NCBI GenBank assembly: GCA_965649825.1
Contig: OZ287697.1
Coordinates: 248,001 to 312,000 of the forward strand
From: Penicillus capitatus
Taxonomy: Eukaryota > Plantae > Chlorophyta
Length of the DNA stretch: 64,000 nt
Direction of reading: 5' to 3'
The first letter of the stretch is position 1, and the number at the start of each line of letters is the position of its first letter. Both the position numbers and the translations under genes were made by a program. Positions 1 through 12,759 of the stretch are shown one piece after another. Under the pieces are notes generated by a model that saw only the letters and a program-made list of their open reading frames with translations, was not told the DNA's origin and searched no databases.

Positions 1-3000
1 TCAATTTTGGCTCCGTTGTCAATCAACAACTGCAGATCATTCTATGCTCAAAGGTTGTTATCGAACAGATAAGGAGCCCACCTCAACGATTTCAATGCAG
101 TTATAATACGCCGCCTGGTGCAAAGGAGTCCATCCATCTGGCATGACAGCAGTAACGTTCGCTCCGTGATCAATGAGAAACTGGATGGAGGTGAGTGTGA
201 TCGTTCGGAGGAATTGGAAGCTCAATGTGACGTCACCTTTGCAACCTTGACATGACTATTTCGGAGAGCTGTGTTCAGCGGCTGATATCCTCTATTGTTC
301 ACTGCGGCTATATCCGCACCGTGATTTACGAGAATCTATGCATGTGCAGAAGAGTGACCAGATCAGATCGGACATTCAGTACCTCTGCAGTCTCGATATG
401 TCCGTCATAAGCTGCCATATGGAGCGGTGTATTTCCCTCGATACCAACGGCCTGAATGTTTGCTCCGTTATCGACGAGGATCTATAGAGGCCACATATGC
501 AATCTCGCAAAGTAAGAGGTAGGAGCTGAAGTTCACCCTGGCGACTTCGACGTGTCCTGCAAAGACTGCGACGTGCAGTGGGGTCATATGATAATTTGCA
601 ACAGCATCAATTGCTGCCCCATGATCGATAAGACTCTGGGAACATATACTGAGTGCCCTTGAAGGAATGGATGAGAGATTACTTGTGCGATTTCTGCATT
701 TTCTATTGAGGCTGCACAATGGAGCGGCGCCATTCCATCTTGCCCCACACTGGCGTTCACATCTGCTTCGTGATCGAGGAGAATCTGCCAATAGATCACC
801 AATGCACGAGCGACGTTTACTGGATCCAATACATTCACCTCGACGATTTTTAGGTATCCACGTGAAGTGGCTAGATGAAGAGGCGTTTCTCCAAAGACTG
901 AGGCTGGACTAACTTCTGCCCCATTGTCAAGAAGAAGCTGCACAGCGAACCACAGATCTACAGATTGCCCCTCACCACCGTTGCCGTACCTCGACGATCT
1001 CGATGTATCCGAAAAATGCTGCCTTATGGAGGGCACTCCAATTGCCGAGAAGACGGCCATTGACATCCGCTCGATACTCGATAAGGAGCTGCGTATGGAT
1101 GACCGGGCTCAGGGTAGAAACGCATTCGATACGCCATTCACCTTTGCTATTTCAGCGAAATCATGAGACGCTGCATAGAGAAGACTCGTCCATCTATTAT
1201 CCTTGGTAAAATTGGCATCCGCTCCACTTTCCAGAAGTGCCTAGACATCTCACGCTCACATAATCTCCATGCAACGGCGGAGATCCCAATGCACTTTCAT
1301 GACAACAAAATGTCTGTTAACGCATGCCTCGAACAAAGGAGTTTCGTCCCTATTGCTCACAACATCGATGTTGGCTCCGTGTGAGATCAGGATCTGTGAG
1401 TCACTCACGAGGTCCAGATCACGATAGGGATGCGATGTTACCTTTGTCACACTCAAATGCCCTTTGGATGCTGCGCCGTGCAAAGAACAGCGGCCATCGT
1501 TGTCGACAGCGTCGACATCGCCTCCGTTTTCCAGTAGCACCTTCAGCGATCGGATTATCGGATCAGACAGCAAGATCGATCCCTATGTCTCACCTCCACT
1601 GTCTCGCCCTGCCCATTGAGTGACGCTAAATGCAGCGGTGTTTGACCCTCTTTGTTGACAGCATCGGTATGCGCTCCGTTTTGGATAAGTATCTGATCAG
1701 AATCGACCATGGCGTCGAAGAGTGCAATGTGGAGCCGGTCTACCATGATGATCTGACTGTGTCCTCCTTCTGCTGCCTTGTGCAGGGCCGTTGCGCCTCC
1801 CTGTTCCACAGCGCTCACATTGGCTCCACGATCCACCAGCCACTGTTGCCGTTTGAATCTCCGTGACAAGCATCTCGGCGTGGCGATGTCTCACCTCGAC
1901 AACCTCTGTGACGCCGGCACTCGCGGCCACGAGAAGAGCCGTCCAGCCAAACTTGTCGGAGCTTTCTATATCGGCGACATCCTCCTCAAGGAGCAACTAA
2001 ACGCGATACACGCTTGTCGACTGTTTCGCCACGGATCGAACATGCTTGTGTCAATGTGAGTCTTCCACTATCTACCGCTGCCAGCAATGGCTCCCAGCCA
2101 TCATCGTTGGCCTCCCTTACATCCGCCCCTTTCGTGATAAGTGTCTGGGAACAGACCTTGTCCGAAAGAACCAGTCAAGGGTGCGGTGATCACTTTGGCC
2201 ACTTTTAGCTGCCCAGCTGCCGATGCGATGAACAGCGGCGTCTGTCCCTTTGCGTCTCGCGCATTGACGTCCGCTCCATTTTCGATGAGAATCTAATCTT
2301 AATTGGTTATGCGAATCGATGAGGGTGCGAGATGCTCACTCTTGCGAGTTCTGCATGTCCATTTTCGGCTGCGATGTGCAACGGCGTCCAAAGGTTCTTC
2401 TGAACGGCATTGACGTCAGCACCTTTGTTGATCAAGGTCTGCAAAGTGCTTTGATCGCCGATGTGGTTAGATGCTAGGATCTCACTCTTGCGATATCATT
2501 CCTTTCATGTAGTACAGCTCCATGCAATGCTGTCCGGCCGTTGTGATCTGTCACATCAATGTCGGCACCGGCCCCGATCAGCATCTGTGTCATCGAAACA
2601 AACATCGCATGAAGAAGTCGGCGTGACTGCTCACATCCACGAAACGCCGGTGACCATTCTTCACTGCCAAACTCAAGGGCGTGTCTCTATCCAGAGTGGC
2701 CACACTCAACTTCGATCCAAAGTCCAGTAAATGCTACAGTGCACAACATCCGTGTAAAAATCCACATCCTTAGCATCGGACTGAAAAGATTGTATGCGCG
2801 TCCTGGGCAAACGGTAACTCTTGTCTCGAAGAACATCAGCCGATTGGACGATGCATTCTGGTCAAGAAAGACAGGTGACTGTTCGCAGCTGACCTTTGCC
2901 ACAGCTGCGGATCCGTAAGTTGCCGCCACATGTAATGGAGTCATCAGCCGTTCGTTCATTTGGTGGATGTCTGCCTCGTGCTCCACTAGAACCTTCACAC

Positions 3001-3220
3001 AAACGGGGTCAGTGTCCCCAGACGCGTCAAGGAGACAGACGTGGTGTACCTTGACACAGTCGAGTGCATCGAACGCCGATGCCCAGTGCAGCAGCGTCGA
3101 GCCTTGGCCAAGGGAGCCGTGCTTCGTATTGTCAACGTGGTAGGTGGCATTGGATGAGAGGCCTTCGGCGAGAAGATCGGAAACTTTCCAGTTTTCATCC
3201 TTCTCGAAGGCTTTCAACAT
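1..3220 (-). CDS. Long ankyrin-repeat protein, one repeat per exon (at least 21 exons); 3' end runs off the window start
   Basis: Spliced translation gives consecutive ANK repeats (VLVEHEADIHQMNERLMTPLHVAATYGSAAVAK, ILIQNGAHTDAVNKEGQTPLHLASLNGQGETVE, etc.). Exons include 3050-3220, 2894-2992, 2635-2733, 2486-2584, 2340-2438, 2194-2292, 2046-2144, 1895-1996, all with phase-0 introns. Confidence 0.92.
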
Positions 3221-3318
3221 TTCCTGAAGTTATTGGCAGAGCGCAGGCCATTAGAAGGAAGGAATGGGGACTGTGTCCTACCAAGCGTTGGTGGAATCGG
3301 ACGGATTCCACTGTATTG

Positions 3319-4780
3319 TCAATTGAGGATGCAAGATTTGCTCGAGTCGTCTCTTCGATCAATCCAAACACCTATACAGTGTCTAGCTGCAGGAAGAGTC
3401 TTTAAAAAGAAGAAGGCTTGAATAGAGCCGAACTTCAACTGATCTCGCGCAGTAGTGAATTGACAAGTTTGCTGAAAAACGGCAGATGGAGTGCGTAGGT
3501 TAAAGCGGGCATAAGATTCGCGATAAGACAAGGACTTACCGCATCTTCTCTTCTTACAGTCTCTTCTATCCAGCTCCAGAAGCTGGAAACGCGTGTGTAC
3601 ACACCGGGCATGTATCCATCGCATTCTTCAGATCCGAATGATGTGACCCCGACGATAATATCACGTTCTGGATTGCCGTGTGAAAGAACACCTTCGGGTT
3701 TGTGCGGTATCACCAATGGGCCTCCTGAGTCGCCTAAACGAAAACGTCAGATACGTCTGTATGGTAAAGCGATTTTTCCATTCGCTTACCCCGACAGGTA
3801 TCTGCACCCACACCACCGGCGCAGATCATGTGATCGTCAAGTTCTTCTTCAAGTGCCATTTCGCATGCATCCAATGGAAGAAATGGAAGCCTTTCGGCCA
3901 ATTGCATGACGTCAGATGTCACGTTTTCTTCTGGAGAACCCCATCCAGCCGACGCCATGAGATCTCCAAATTCCAGCACAGACCCGACGCTGTCAACGAG
4001 TGGACGGGCGAGAGGGGCCTTCCTGTCCAGCCTCACCAGTCCGATATCGAATCCATCGACGATGTTGCCAGTCCATCCCGAAGGCCAGTACGCCTTCTTC
4101 GACTGGTACAGCTACAAGGGCAGCGACAGGTTCAGTTCTCCTTCGAGATCGATCCTCTCCGGCTTACGCTCTCCGGGTCGCTGGTGTCGATCTCGTGGAT
4201 GCCGCAGCGGACGACGCCGTAGTGGCCGACGCCGTTGTGCCGGTCGTTGGACAGACAGTGCGCCGCCGTCAGGACCCACTGCTCGTCGATCAGCGCTCCT
4301 CCGCAGACGTGCTCTTCGGTCCCGCGCCGACGCAGGCTGCACACGTAAGGGAACCTCTCTCTCGGCGCCTGGATTCCGCCCTGTGCGAATGCCAATCGCG
4401 CGCATGCTCGGCGACTGCACCGACCGTACCGCGATCCTCGGCTCGCCTCGGTTGGCTTGGACGTCGACTTCGTCGGAGTTTTCGCGGAAGGCAGATGCTC
4501 TCGGCGGTTTGGAACGCGCGGCCAGGCTACCTGACGTCGCATCCTCCTCCCCCCTCTGCCGGACGAGAGCAGACAGTCGTCAGCGGAGCGGTTGGGAGGC
4601 GCAAAAGCACCTCGATTTCTCCGAAGGCGAGGACGTCGGACAGACTGTCGGCGCCGTGGCCTGGAGACACAGGGCGTGACCGACCCGCAAGACGACGCTT
4701 CGCGAACCGTGGATGGCGGCCGTCGATGCCGGCGAATGCAGCAGGAAGCAGAAAAACACGAAGAGAAGCGGCCGCTTCAT
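3319..4780 (-). CDS. Secreted trypsin-like (S1) serine protease, multi-exon
   Basis: Signal peptide MKRPLLFVFFCFLLHSPASTA. Activation motif EPRIA|GG is split by an intron. Catalytic motifs WVLTAAHC, FDIGLVRL and GDSGGP are present, plus IVGVTSFG and PGVYTRVS. The 5' exon structure is unresolved. Confidence 0.88.
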
Positions 4781-6180
4781 GTTGGCAGAACGGAAACCGC
4801 GGGTGCTGCGGACGCAAAGACTCCACTCTCTCTTCGCGATGTGCAGGGAACGAACGCCGAGATCGTTCGAGGAAGTCTGTCTCTAAATGGACATCATCAT
4901 GCAACGCATGCACTGTCGATAGCGGCGGAGACGATTTCCCCGCGGTTTGCGCCGAAGGAACCGTTGTCGCGCGAGGGAACGAGATGGTGTTTCACGAGAT
5001 AAACAACGCAGCAAGCGCACACCGATCTCCAAGTGAACACGCTGAACAGCTGACGCCATCTCCGTTCTCCGAGACGTTCCCATGTTCCTTGTACGATAGT
5101 TGGGAACAGTGCCTTGGGCCATCAAGGCCGTGGACGCGTGCCTCGGACGAGCTTTGACGTCAACCAGGAGATGGGCGATCAAGAGGGTGGTGTGCATGGC
5201 GTCCGACGACAGACGAGGTGACACAAGGGGATCCCGGGACCAAACCGGGCTTTTCTGTTGTGTGCGCTTGTAGCAAATCAGCTCCTGTCGCGGTGCGGTT
5301 TCCCAAACGGCTCGCAACCGACGGAACTTCCCTCGTGGCTAACTTCCGCAACCGTAACGTGCCGTCCGGAAAGAGTCGGCGGTGCGCAGATTGCAAGGAT
5401 CATCGAAACGAAATCAAAGAGCGATAGAAGATGAGAAAGCTGAAAACTCTCACGGGCCGCGCATGCGCGTCGCGCACGTGCAGCCAGCTCTCGGAAAAAG
5501 TTTCAACGTCGCAACAGATGGTGAAGGACAAAAGCTCCTTAAGATTGGGAGAACACTCGACTTTTATCCATTTTAACTTCGTGGCCAGTACAAATGATGC
5601 GAATAAAGCGAGAACATGCACCGACGGTGCACAGCACAAGAAAACGAGGGCGAGTGAGTAAGCAGCCCATATCGCATCGCACTACATGGTACCATGGGAT
5701 GTAATACAGTGTGAACCCCGTGTTAAGCCCCACTGAACAATAATGTCATATCGCATTGACGGACTTCAGCGAGGGTGTATCTTGCGTTTCCGCCGAAACC
5801 AAAGTGCGCCAGCTATAGAAGGCTTCTCGAAAAGCTGGCGTGAGGAATGCCTCCAGACTAGAGGGTTTACTTTGTGTCCGCTCTTCTATTCATACCCTCT
5901 CTGGAATTCTTTCAGTTTTGCAGATTAAGGGCGTTGCATGCGAACAAAGACACACTGGCTGATTTATCCATAGAAAACAACCGATTTTCAATGCGGTCAA
6001 TGAAGTAAGTACTAATTGAGCTCTACGAAATCTTCCACTCCGTAGTCTATGCAAGCAGACGAAAACAAAAAAGTAAACGCACATCTCGTGAGACAAATGT
6101 GCAGCTTTCAATTTGCGCTTGTGTTTGTTTTGGTTTGCTACAGTGCTTATCTTCGTTTTACCACGGAATATCGCGTCCGT

Positions 6181-6315
6181 TGTCAGTGGATAGCTAGCTG
6201 TCCACCTTCGTGCAGCTGTCCAAAGAATTGCATAAATTCTTACAATTATTGTTCGAACAGTCTTTGTAATCCTTACGCCTTCGTCGTTAACCCGTTGTCC
6301 GTTGACAAACACGAC
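6181..6315 (+). repeat. Dispersed repeat family B, degenerate copy
   Basis: TGTCAGTGGA...TGTCCACCTTCGTGCAGCT and CAGTCTTTGTAA...CCTTCGTCG blocks are shared with 6648-6820 and 49140-49315. Confidence 0.5.
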
Positions 6316-6647
6316 ACCGTCTGCTAAACCAATTCAACGATATAGAGGCTCTCTCGCGCATGCAGAAGTTCTTCTCTTTTCTCCGCAAGACCGATCTATC
6401 CCTTTCACAATTCGACGGCATTGACGGCGTTTAGGATTTTCTTCCGCTTTTTTGAACAGGGAGCAAGGCCATTTTTGATTGCTCTCACGATTGTTGGGGT
6501 TGAACATAATCTTAAGCTTCTTCTAGTTCCGCACTAAAAAGCTTCGGAGAGCTTTCGGCTACCCACTCGCTTTCTGACAATCTGCATCTCACCGTGTTTT
6601 CTTCAAAAACGATGCCAAAGGAATTGTCGTTGATGGAGTTGTTACAG

Positions 6648-6820
6648 TGTCAGTGGACAGCTGTCCACCTTCGTGCAGCTAACCGCGGAGATGTGTAGAT
6701 GTGACGCGTGTGTACGTTCTACGCGTATAAATCCGAACATTTAACGATGCAACGTCTTTGTAACCTATAATCCCTCGTCGTAACCGCGTCGTTCATCGAC
6801 AGCACGACATACAGTAAAGC
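6648..6820 (+). repeat. Dispersed repeat family B copy (LTR-like)
   Basis: About 170 bp aligns by eye with 49140-49315 (TCCACCTTCGTGC, GTCTTTGTAACC, TCGTCGTAA, TCGTT...GAC...CGACA). Confidence 0.6.
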
Positions 6821-7033
6821 AAAGGACAAGATAAAAGCATATCGTGCCGAGAAAGAACCGACGAATGCATTCAACAAATGGAAAAAAGAAAGCTGACAAT
6901 TCAACGAATGACCTATTTTTGCTCGAAAAAACCTTTAATGTCGAACAGCAATGAACAGTGCCCTACCTACATGAAGACTTCTTTGTTATTGATATCAAAT
7001 ACCTTGCCTCCTTATGAGGTCGTGAAGATCCAT

Positions 7034-7371
7034 TGTTCGGAATCTTGTAAAGACTTCGATTAAGTACTGAGTCGAACATCGCGCAACGAACGACGAAAGT
7101 AGACGAGAACGAGAACTCACAAGCACGAGAGATAGTAACAGGGTGAATGCTGTCCTTATATACCCTGAATGATTAGGAGTTCACGAACCTCCGCATCTAA
7201 CAGCTGCGAACTTCAACGCTGGTTCGGTAACCACGGCCTGCTCTTATTCAGGAAGTTAACTCGGGAGCCGACATCCGTCGCGACCGATGGTCAGCGCGCC
7301 AGGATGGTTAGAACGAGGCTCGACCGCTCCTGATGGTTACGAACAAGCATATGACAGCTTCATCTCCTAAA
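7034..7371 (-). mobile_element. Solo LTR (family A), 338 bp, 5-bp TSD TCCAT
   Basis: Reverse-complement homolog of 43862-44201, with an identical 28-nt core (7265-7292 vs 43941-43968) and a conserved TATA (7156-7162). TCCAT flanks both sides (7029-7033, 7372-7376). One terminus is mutated (TGTAGG to TTTAGG). Confidence 0.85.
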
Positions 7372-7726
7372 TCCATAAAGAAGAATGAACTGTGGACATG
7401 AGTGTGTGTGTCTGTAAATACTATTGCGCGACGTGTTTCATACCCGTAGAGGGCATTCACGAGGTGTATATCGTTCCGTCGAGCGTTGATCGGATGAATA
7501 CACGCTCAGCCGCAACGCAACAAAACCACCAGTTAGTGATATTTTAGGATAACAAACCTGCACTTCCTCTTACAGAGTTGTCTCGTTTTGAATGGTATTC
7601 ATCCTAACGCATAATGCAGGAAAAAGAATAGCTGGCCACGCAACATTCCCGTGTCCATTGTTCGTGTACCCCCACTCACAAGAAACGTTGTCTTAATGCT
7701 GCTGCAGACAACGCGTCTTGGCTGCG

Positions 7727-9450
7727 CTACGGAGATGTTTTCCTCGGAACGAAATTCAACCAGATGCCATCCTTCGCTCCAATGACGAGTCCCTCCGCCA
7801 CATTGTGTGCCAAGTCCGCATACGATCCGACCAAGGAGACCTCGTACTTCTGAAGGATAACGGCGATGGCGACGCGCATTTCCAGCATTGCCAGCTTCTG
7901 TCCGGGACAGTCCCTGGGGCCTGTCGAGAATTGAAGGTTGTGTGAACGGCAGATGTCGTCGTCGTCGCCGAGCCATCTCTCTGGCTTGAAGCTTTCTGGA
8001 TCGCTCCAGTCGGTGTCAATGTTGAACGCGCGGTTGCCAGGTTGCACGATCAGTGTTCCCTTCGGGATCCTGTACCCGAGAATGTTCATGTCTGTCGGCA
8101 CTCTTCGTCGGAAGTTGGAACTGCTAACGTGAGCCACTCGCATCCCCTCCTTAACGACTGCATTGAGGTAATCCAAGTTTGACAGATCTTCGAACTGCAG
8201 ATCCCGTCGAGTGCTTCCGTACAGACCTTGATGCTCCAGCTCGTCCAAGATCTTGTTCACGACGTCCGGGCGAGTGGCCAATAGCGCGAAAATCCAGCTG
8301 AGTTGATGACCGGTGGTGTCCATCCCGGCAATAACGGCACCGGCAACCTCGGCTAGGAGGAGGTCGTAGTCTACGCGCTTCTTCGTTTCTGGATCTGTCA
8401 GATGCTTCATTCCGTACCAGATGGGCTCTTCGCCGTTGACGGGGTCGTCTCGGGCCAGTATCTCGTCCGTTAGCAGCTTCCATTCGTTGCGCAGCTTACC
8501 AACAATCAAACTTCGATGCCGTCCAGCTTTCGAGTACGGAAATAGCTTACAGTAGACAGACTTGAGCGGATTTCTAAAAATTTCTCTGGTGATGTACCCT
8601 GCTGCTAAGATGAGGTCGAGCATTTCTCGACTTCCATCCAATCCGCCCAGATTAGCGTCGAAGGCGACGGCGCCAATGATGTCGAGGGTCATCGAGACAA
8701 AGAGTCTCTGGACGTCGATCGGACCGTTCTCCCTCGCCGATTCAATAACAGTGATCACATTTTTAATGATACCTTGAATCTTCGGCATGGTCGCCTTCAG
8801 ATTCTTCGATTGAAACGCTGCTGTGTACACTCTGCGAACGGCTTTGACGTATGGCGTTACTTGCTCATGCATCGAGAGATACTTTGTATGCGGGTGGTCG
8901 CCCAGCATCTGCGACCACACCATCACATGATGTAACATCCTGCGACTCAACTCACTGGAAGCATAGCTTCACCGTCCTGGCGAACACGGGGAAAGGGGTC
9001 TCTGTTCGCCATCATGACTGTTTTGACGAATTCCTCGTCTGTGACCAGCAGCCATGGATCGCCCAGAATATCGAACTAGAACGAACACAGCCTAGAACGA
9101 AGAACGAGCAAGGCAGGCAACAAACTCGCATGAGCTTCGGGTAGTTGAGGCGTTTCATTTCGCGTCCGAGCCAATTTGAAATCTCTTTCGTACCTTTGCC
9201 GTCTTTGCCGTAGAGGAAATCCAGCGTGTTCCCCAACAGCGGCCAGCCAGGCGGCGACGGTACTTTGTGAAGGTCATATCTCCACCTTCGCCACAGCGTA
9301 CGCGTCACCATCAAAACCAGCACGGTAGTAGCGAGGACCGTCCAGAACATGGCGTCTTGAATAAATCTGCGCAAACAAGAAAATGGATGCTGTATGACCG
9401 TTACGTAAACCTCCTCCTGTCTTTTCGTCCGCCTTTGCTTACCTAAGCAT
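7727..9450 (-). CDS. Cytochrome P450 (membrane-anchored)
   Basis: N-terminal TM anchor and PSPPGWPLLGN hinge, I-helix AGMDTT, KEGMR (ExxR), PERW, and heme motif FSTGPRDCPG. Start is either ATG 9350 or a putative 8-nt first exon at 9443-9450 that splices in frame. Confidence 0.92.
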
Positions 9451-9873
9451 TTAGCAGCGTCCGCGATTGATGGACGAATCGTTGCGTCTTGACTGCCCTT
9501 AATAGGTCTTGGTCTTTGTAATCTTTTGTGGTCACTTACTTTTCACCTTCTAATTGTTCGGTTCTATTTTGGAAATTCGAAGAGGACTACGCATACGGTA
9601 AACCATTTTCATGCGAAGAGAGAGAAGCAAAAATGCACTCTTCTTTCACATCTGCTTCAATCGTTTATCCTATGCTGTGAGCGAAAGGCAGTTATTTGAC
9701 TTAAGTGTGATGTCGGATTTAGCGTTCAGGTTACTGTTCAAGGCTCTTTTAGGGAAAGATTTCCTTTGAAAACGATCTCTTATGTTGTCAGGCTACGGCA
9801 ACGGGACGCCGAGTTGACGATGCAGTTAGATGAACAAATAAACGAACAATGATGCGCCTCCAGTTCTCCTTCG

Positions 9874-11458
9874 ATGCGTTGTCTCTACGAAGTCCTTGGC
9901 GTCTCGCGCGATGCCGACGAAGCGACGATTCGCAAAGCCTACCGTCAGCAGGCTCTCAAATGGCATCCAGGTATCTCGCTCATCCTTAACCCGCCACTCA
10001 CTCTCCTTCCCAGACAAGAACCAGGAGCGACTCGAAGAGGCCGAAACGTGTTTCAAAGAAATCTCCAACGCCTTCGAAGTTCTGAGCGATCGGCACGAAC
10101 GACAATGGTGACGTCAAGTGCGCATGAAGGCATGGGGAAGAAAGGCAGTTGGGTTTAGGTATGATGACCACCGGGAAGCCATTTTGAGATCTGGCAGGGG
10201 ACACCAAGCTGGAGATTCTCACACTTCGGATACACATTTCGAAGGTTTCTCCGTCGAAGAGCTCTACACCTATTTCTCCGTCAGTCGTTTCAGCGGCTAT
10301 CACACTGGACCCAACGGATTCTATACTGTCTATCGTGACGTCTTTGAAAAAGTCGTCAAGAATGAAGTCGATTTTGGTGCGCGGTATGGAGGAGAGGTTG
10401 CGAGTTTTCCGTCGTTTGGCTCGGATACTTCATCGTCAGCCGAAGTGTCGAGCTTCTACCATTTTTGGACAAATTTTGTGACTCGGATGGATTTCGCTTT
10501 CGTTGATCAGCACAATCCTTCCTCTGCGCCGAACAGACGGGTGCGGCGAGCAATGGAGGACGAGAACCAGAAGGCCAGGAAAGCGGCGAAGCGAGAATAC
10601 ATCGAAGCTGTGCGGCAGTTGGCTGCTTTCGTCAAGAAACGCGACGTCCGCGTGCTAAAGATGCAGAAGGAAGAAGCTGAACGCAAAGCCCAACGCCGAG
10701 CCGAAGAGGAAAAGCGAAAACAGCTCGAAGCCGAAGAACGCCGCCGTAAGGCATCGGAGTACGAAGATGCTGACTGGATTCAGAACAGCGAGGCTGTGGA
10801 TAACGACGACGTCGAGGCGACAAGCGAAGCAAGTGTCCAAGAAGCGTTATGGTGTGTGATCTGCGACAAAGTGTTCAAAAGTGAGAAGGCAATGCAGAAT
10901 CACGAAAAGTATGTCACTGCTTTGGCCTTCCCTCCTGCACAGAGGGCGATGTCTGCGTCTAGGTCGAAGAAACACAGAGAGAAGCTGGCTGCGATTGAGA
11001 AAGCGCTGAAAGAGGAGCAGGAGGAGGAAGTCGAGGGGCCGTTGGAGACGACAGAGCCATCGCCGAAACGAAAAGACGTGTCGGTGCCGCGCCCGGAAGA
11101 ACAATCGTGTGTCGTCGTGGATGGCATCGACGATAGCGATCAGGCGTCGGATGATATCGACGACGATACGTTCCTTGAGCGTTTTGTCGCTCTGCGTGTC
11201 GACGATCGTCGCAAGGACGAACCGTCGGTCGATGGATCGATCGATGACGAAGCGACGGTAGCGGATGCGGTTTCTGGACAGGCAGCGACAGCCAAACGCA
11301 GCGCAAAGAAGAAAAAGCGACGAGCGAAGAAGGCCGAACCCGTGACGACGGAGCCTCTCACCTGCGAAACGTGCGGCGAAACATTTGGCTCAAGGAATCG
11401 ACTCTTTCAGCATTTGTCTCAAACGAAACACGCTTCTTTAAAAGCAACGAACGGTTAA
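9874..11458 (+). CDS. DNAJC21: DnaJ/Hsp40 with C2H2 zinc fingers (DNAJC21/Jjj1 type)
   Basis: J domain (CLYEVLGV...WHP|D with HPD split by an intron), [14 protein letters not shown] coil, and zinc fingers [18 protein letters not shown] and [18 protein letters not shown]. Confidence 0.85.
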
Positions 11459-11518
11459 GAATTTCATGCGCCCTAGAACAGGCGTGATGACGTTTCTTCG
11501 ACCACGATTTTCGTTTCC

Positions 11519-12744
11519 ATGTCGAAAGCGCTCTCTCGTAACGGTCGCCTACTGCAGGTCGAACACCGCCCTTTCAGGCATCCGCATATTCTATGCACCA
11601 TGCAGAGTGTGCTGCTGGAGTATCGAGGGGATAAGGAGGAGGCGACTGGGTTGCCGCATGGACGTGGCGAGGCGTGGTTTCGCAGCGGTAATCGTTACGA
11701 AGGCGAATGGGCGATGGGGCTTATGCATGGACGCGGTACTTACTTCTTTGCCAACAGCGTCGTTTACCAGGGGCACATTCAGAACGGATCTATTACGGGT
11801 CGCGGGGTACGCATTCGTCGCTGCGTTGTGTCGACGACAATGCGCCCCGGATGTAGATGTTCACATGGGCAGATGCCGTTTACAAGGGCGAAGTTTTCGA
11901 GGGATATCCACACGGCAGAGGAAAGTGGACGCAGGAATCGAGCGGCGTCGAATACGATGGCGATTGGAAGAATGGTGCGAAACACGGCAAAGGCACTCTA
12001 AAGATCACAGCACATGGCAAAACGAGCACTTACGAAGGCATGGCCAGTCAAACTCGACGCCGAATCAAGCGTACGCCCCTTAGGCGATTTTATGCTGAAC
12101 AAGCGCCACGGCTACGGATTCATGATCTATCCGAATGGCAATCGCTATGATGGCGAGTGGGTTCTGGGGGAGAAACACGGCAGAGGGACGATGCAATGGT
12201 TCAGCCGCCATAGCAGTATGGCAGAGACGGCGTCGCTTTTTAGGTTTGATCGGAATGAGACGTATTGCGGCGAGTGGTACCGTGATCAAATACACGGCGT
12301 CGGCGAAAACACCTGGGCGGTGCCACATCTCGAAACGGCACAGAAGACGACACAGCTCTTTACGCAACACAACAGGTCGCCCTCTGCGTATCGCCGAATC
12401 GCGGCGCCGATGGCGGCGCTAGGTATCAGGGGCAGTTTGCCCAGGGAGAGCGTGATGGATACGGCAGAATGTCGTATGCGGACGGATCGATCTACGAAGG
12501 CTACTTTGTCGAATCGGCCAAGCACGGTTATGGGTGTTTCCTAAAGGATCGCCATCTACACTTTGGCTTCATGATCGAAGACAGACTCGGGCCCAATATG
12601 ATGACGGTGACGATCCGAGACGACGAGAATGTGTCGCGTTCGCTCATGAACGTCTTGCAAGATCTCTTGAGCAATGGAGACGTCTGCGAGGCGAAGCACA
12701 ACGCCATCGCACAGTTTTTGGAGGATAGCAAGAGTGGAGCGTGA
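11519..12744 (+). CDS. MORN-repeat protein (radial-spoke RSPH10-like architecture), multi-exon
   Basis: Many Y-x-G-x-W/F-x4-HG-x-G repeats (RYEGEWAMGLMHGRG, VYKGEVFEGYPHGRG, EYDGDWKNGAKHGKG, RYDGEWVLGEKHGRG). Start and end are approximate. Confidence 0.7.
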
Positions 12745-12759
12745 TCTTCAACTGAAAAA

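Noticed and set aside
2734-2893. 160-nt ankyrin intron as a hidden or decayed exon
   Set aside because: No ANK consensus or clean splice pair could be found inside it.
3906-5157. Long + strand ORFs (257 and 385 aa)
   Set aside because: Antisense shadows of the GC-rich trypsin gene; Arg/Ser-rich with no domain.
5000-6180. Short ORFs upstream of the trypsin gene
   Set aside because: No motif or consistent exon chain.
7727-8950. 1.2-kb intronless P450 exon as a sign of retroposition or HGT
   Set aside because: AP2A and the MYST gene also have exons of about 0.9-1.1 kb, and the P450 has 5' introns.
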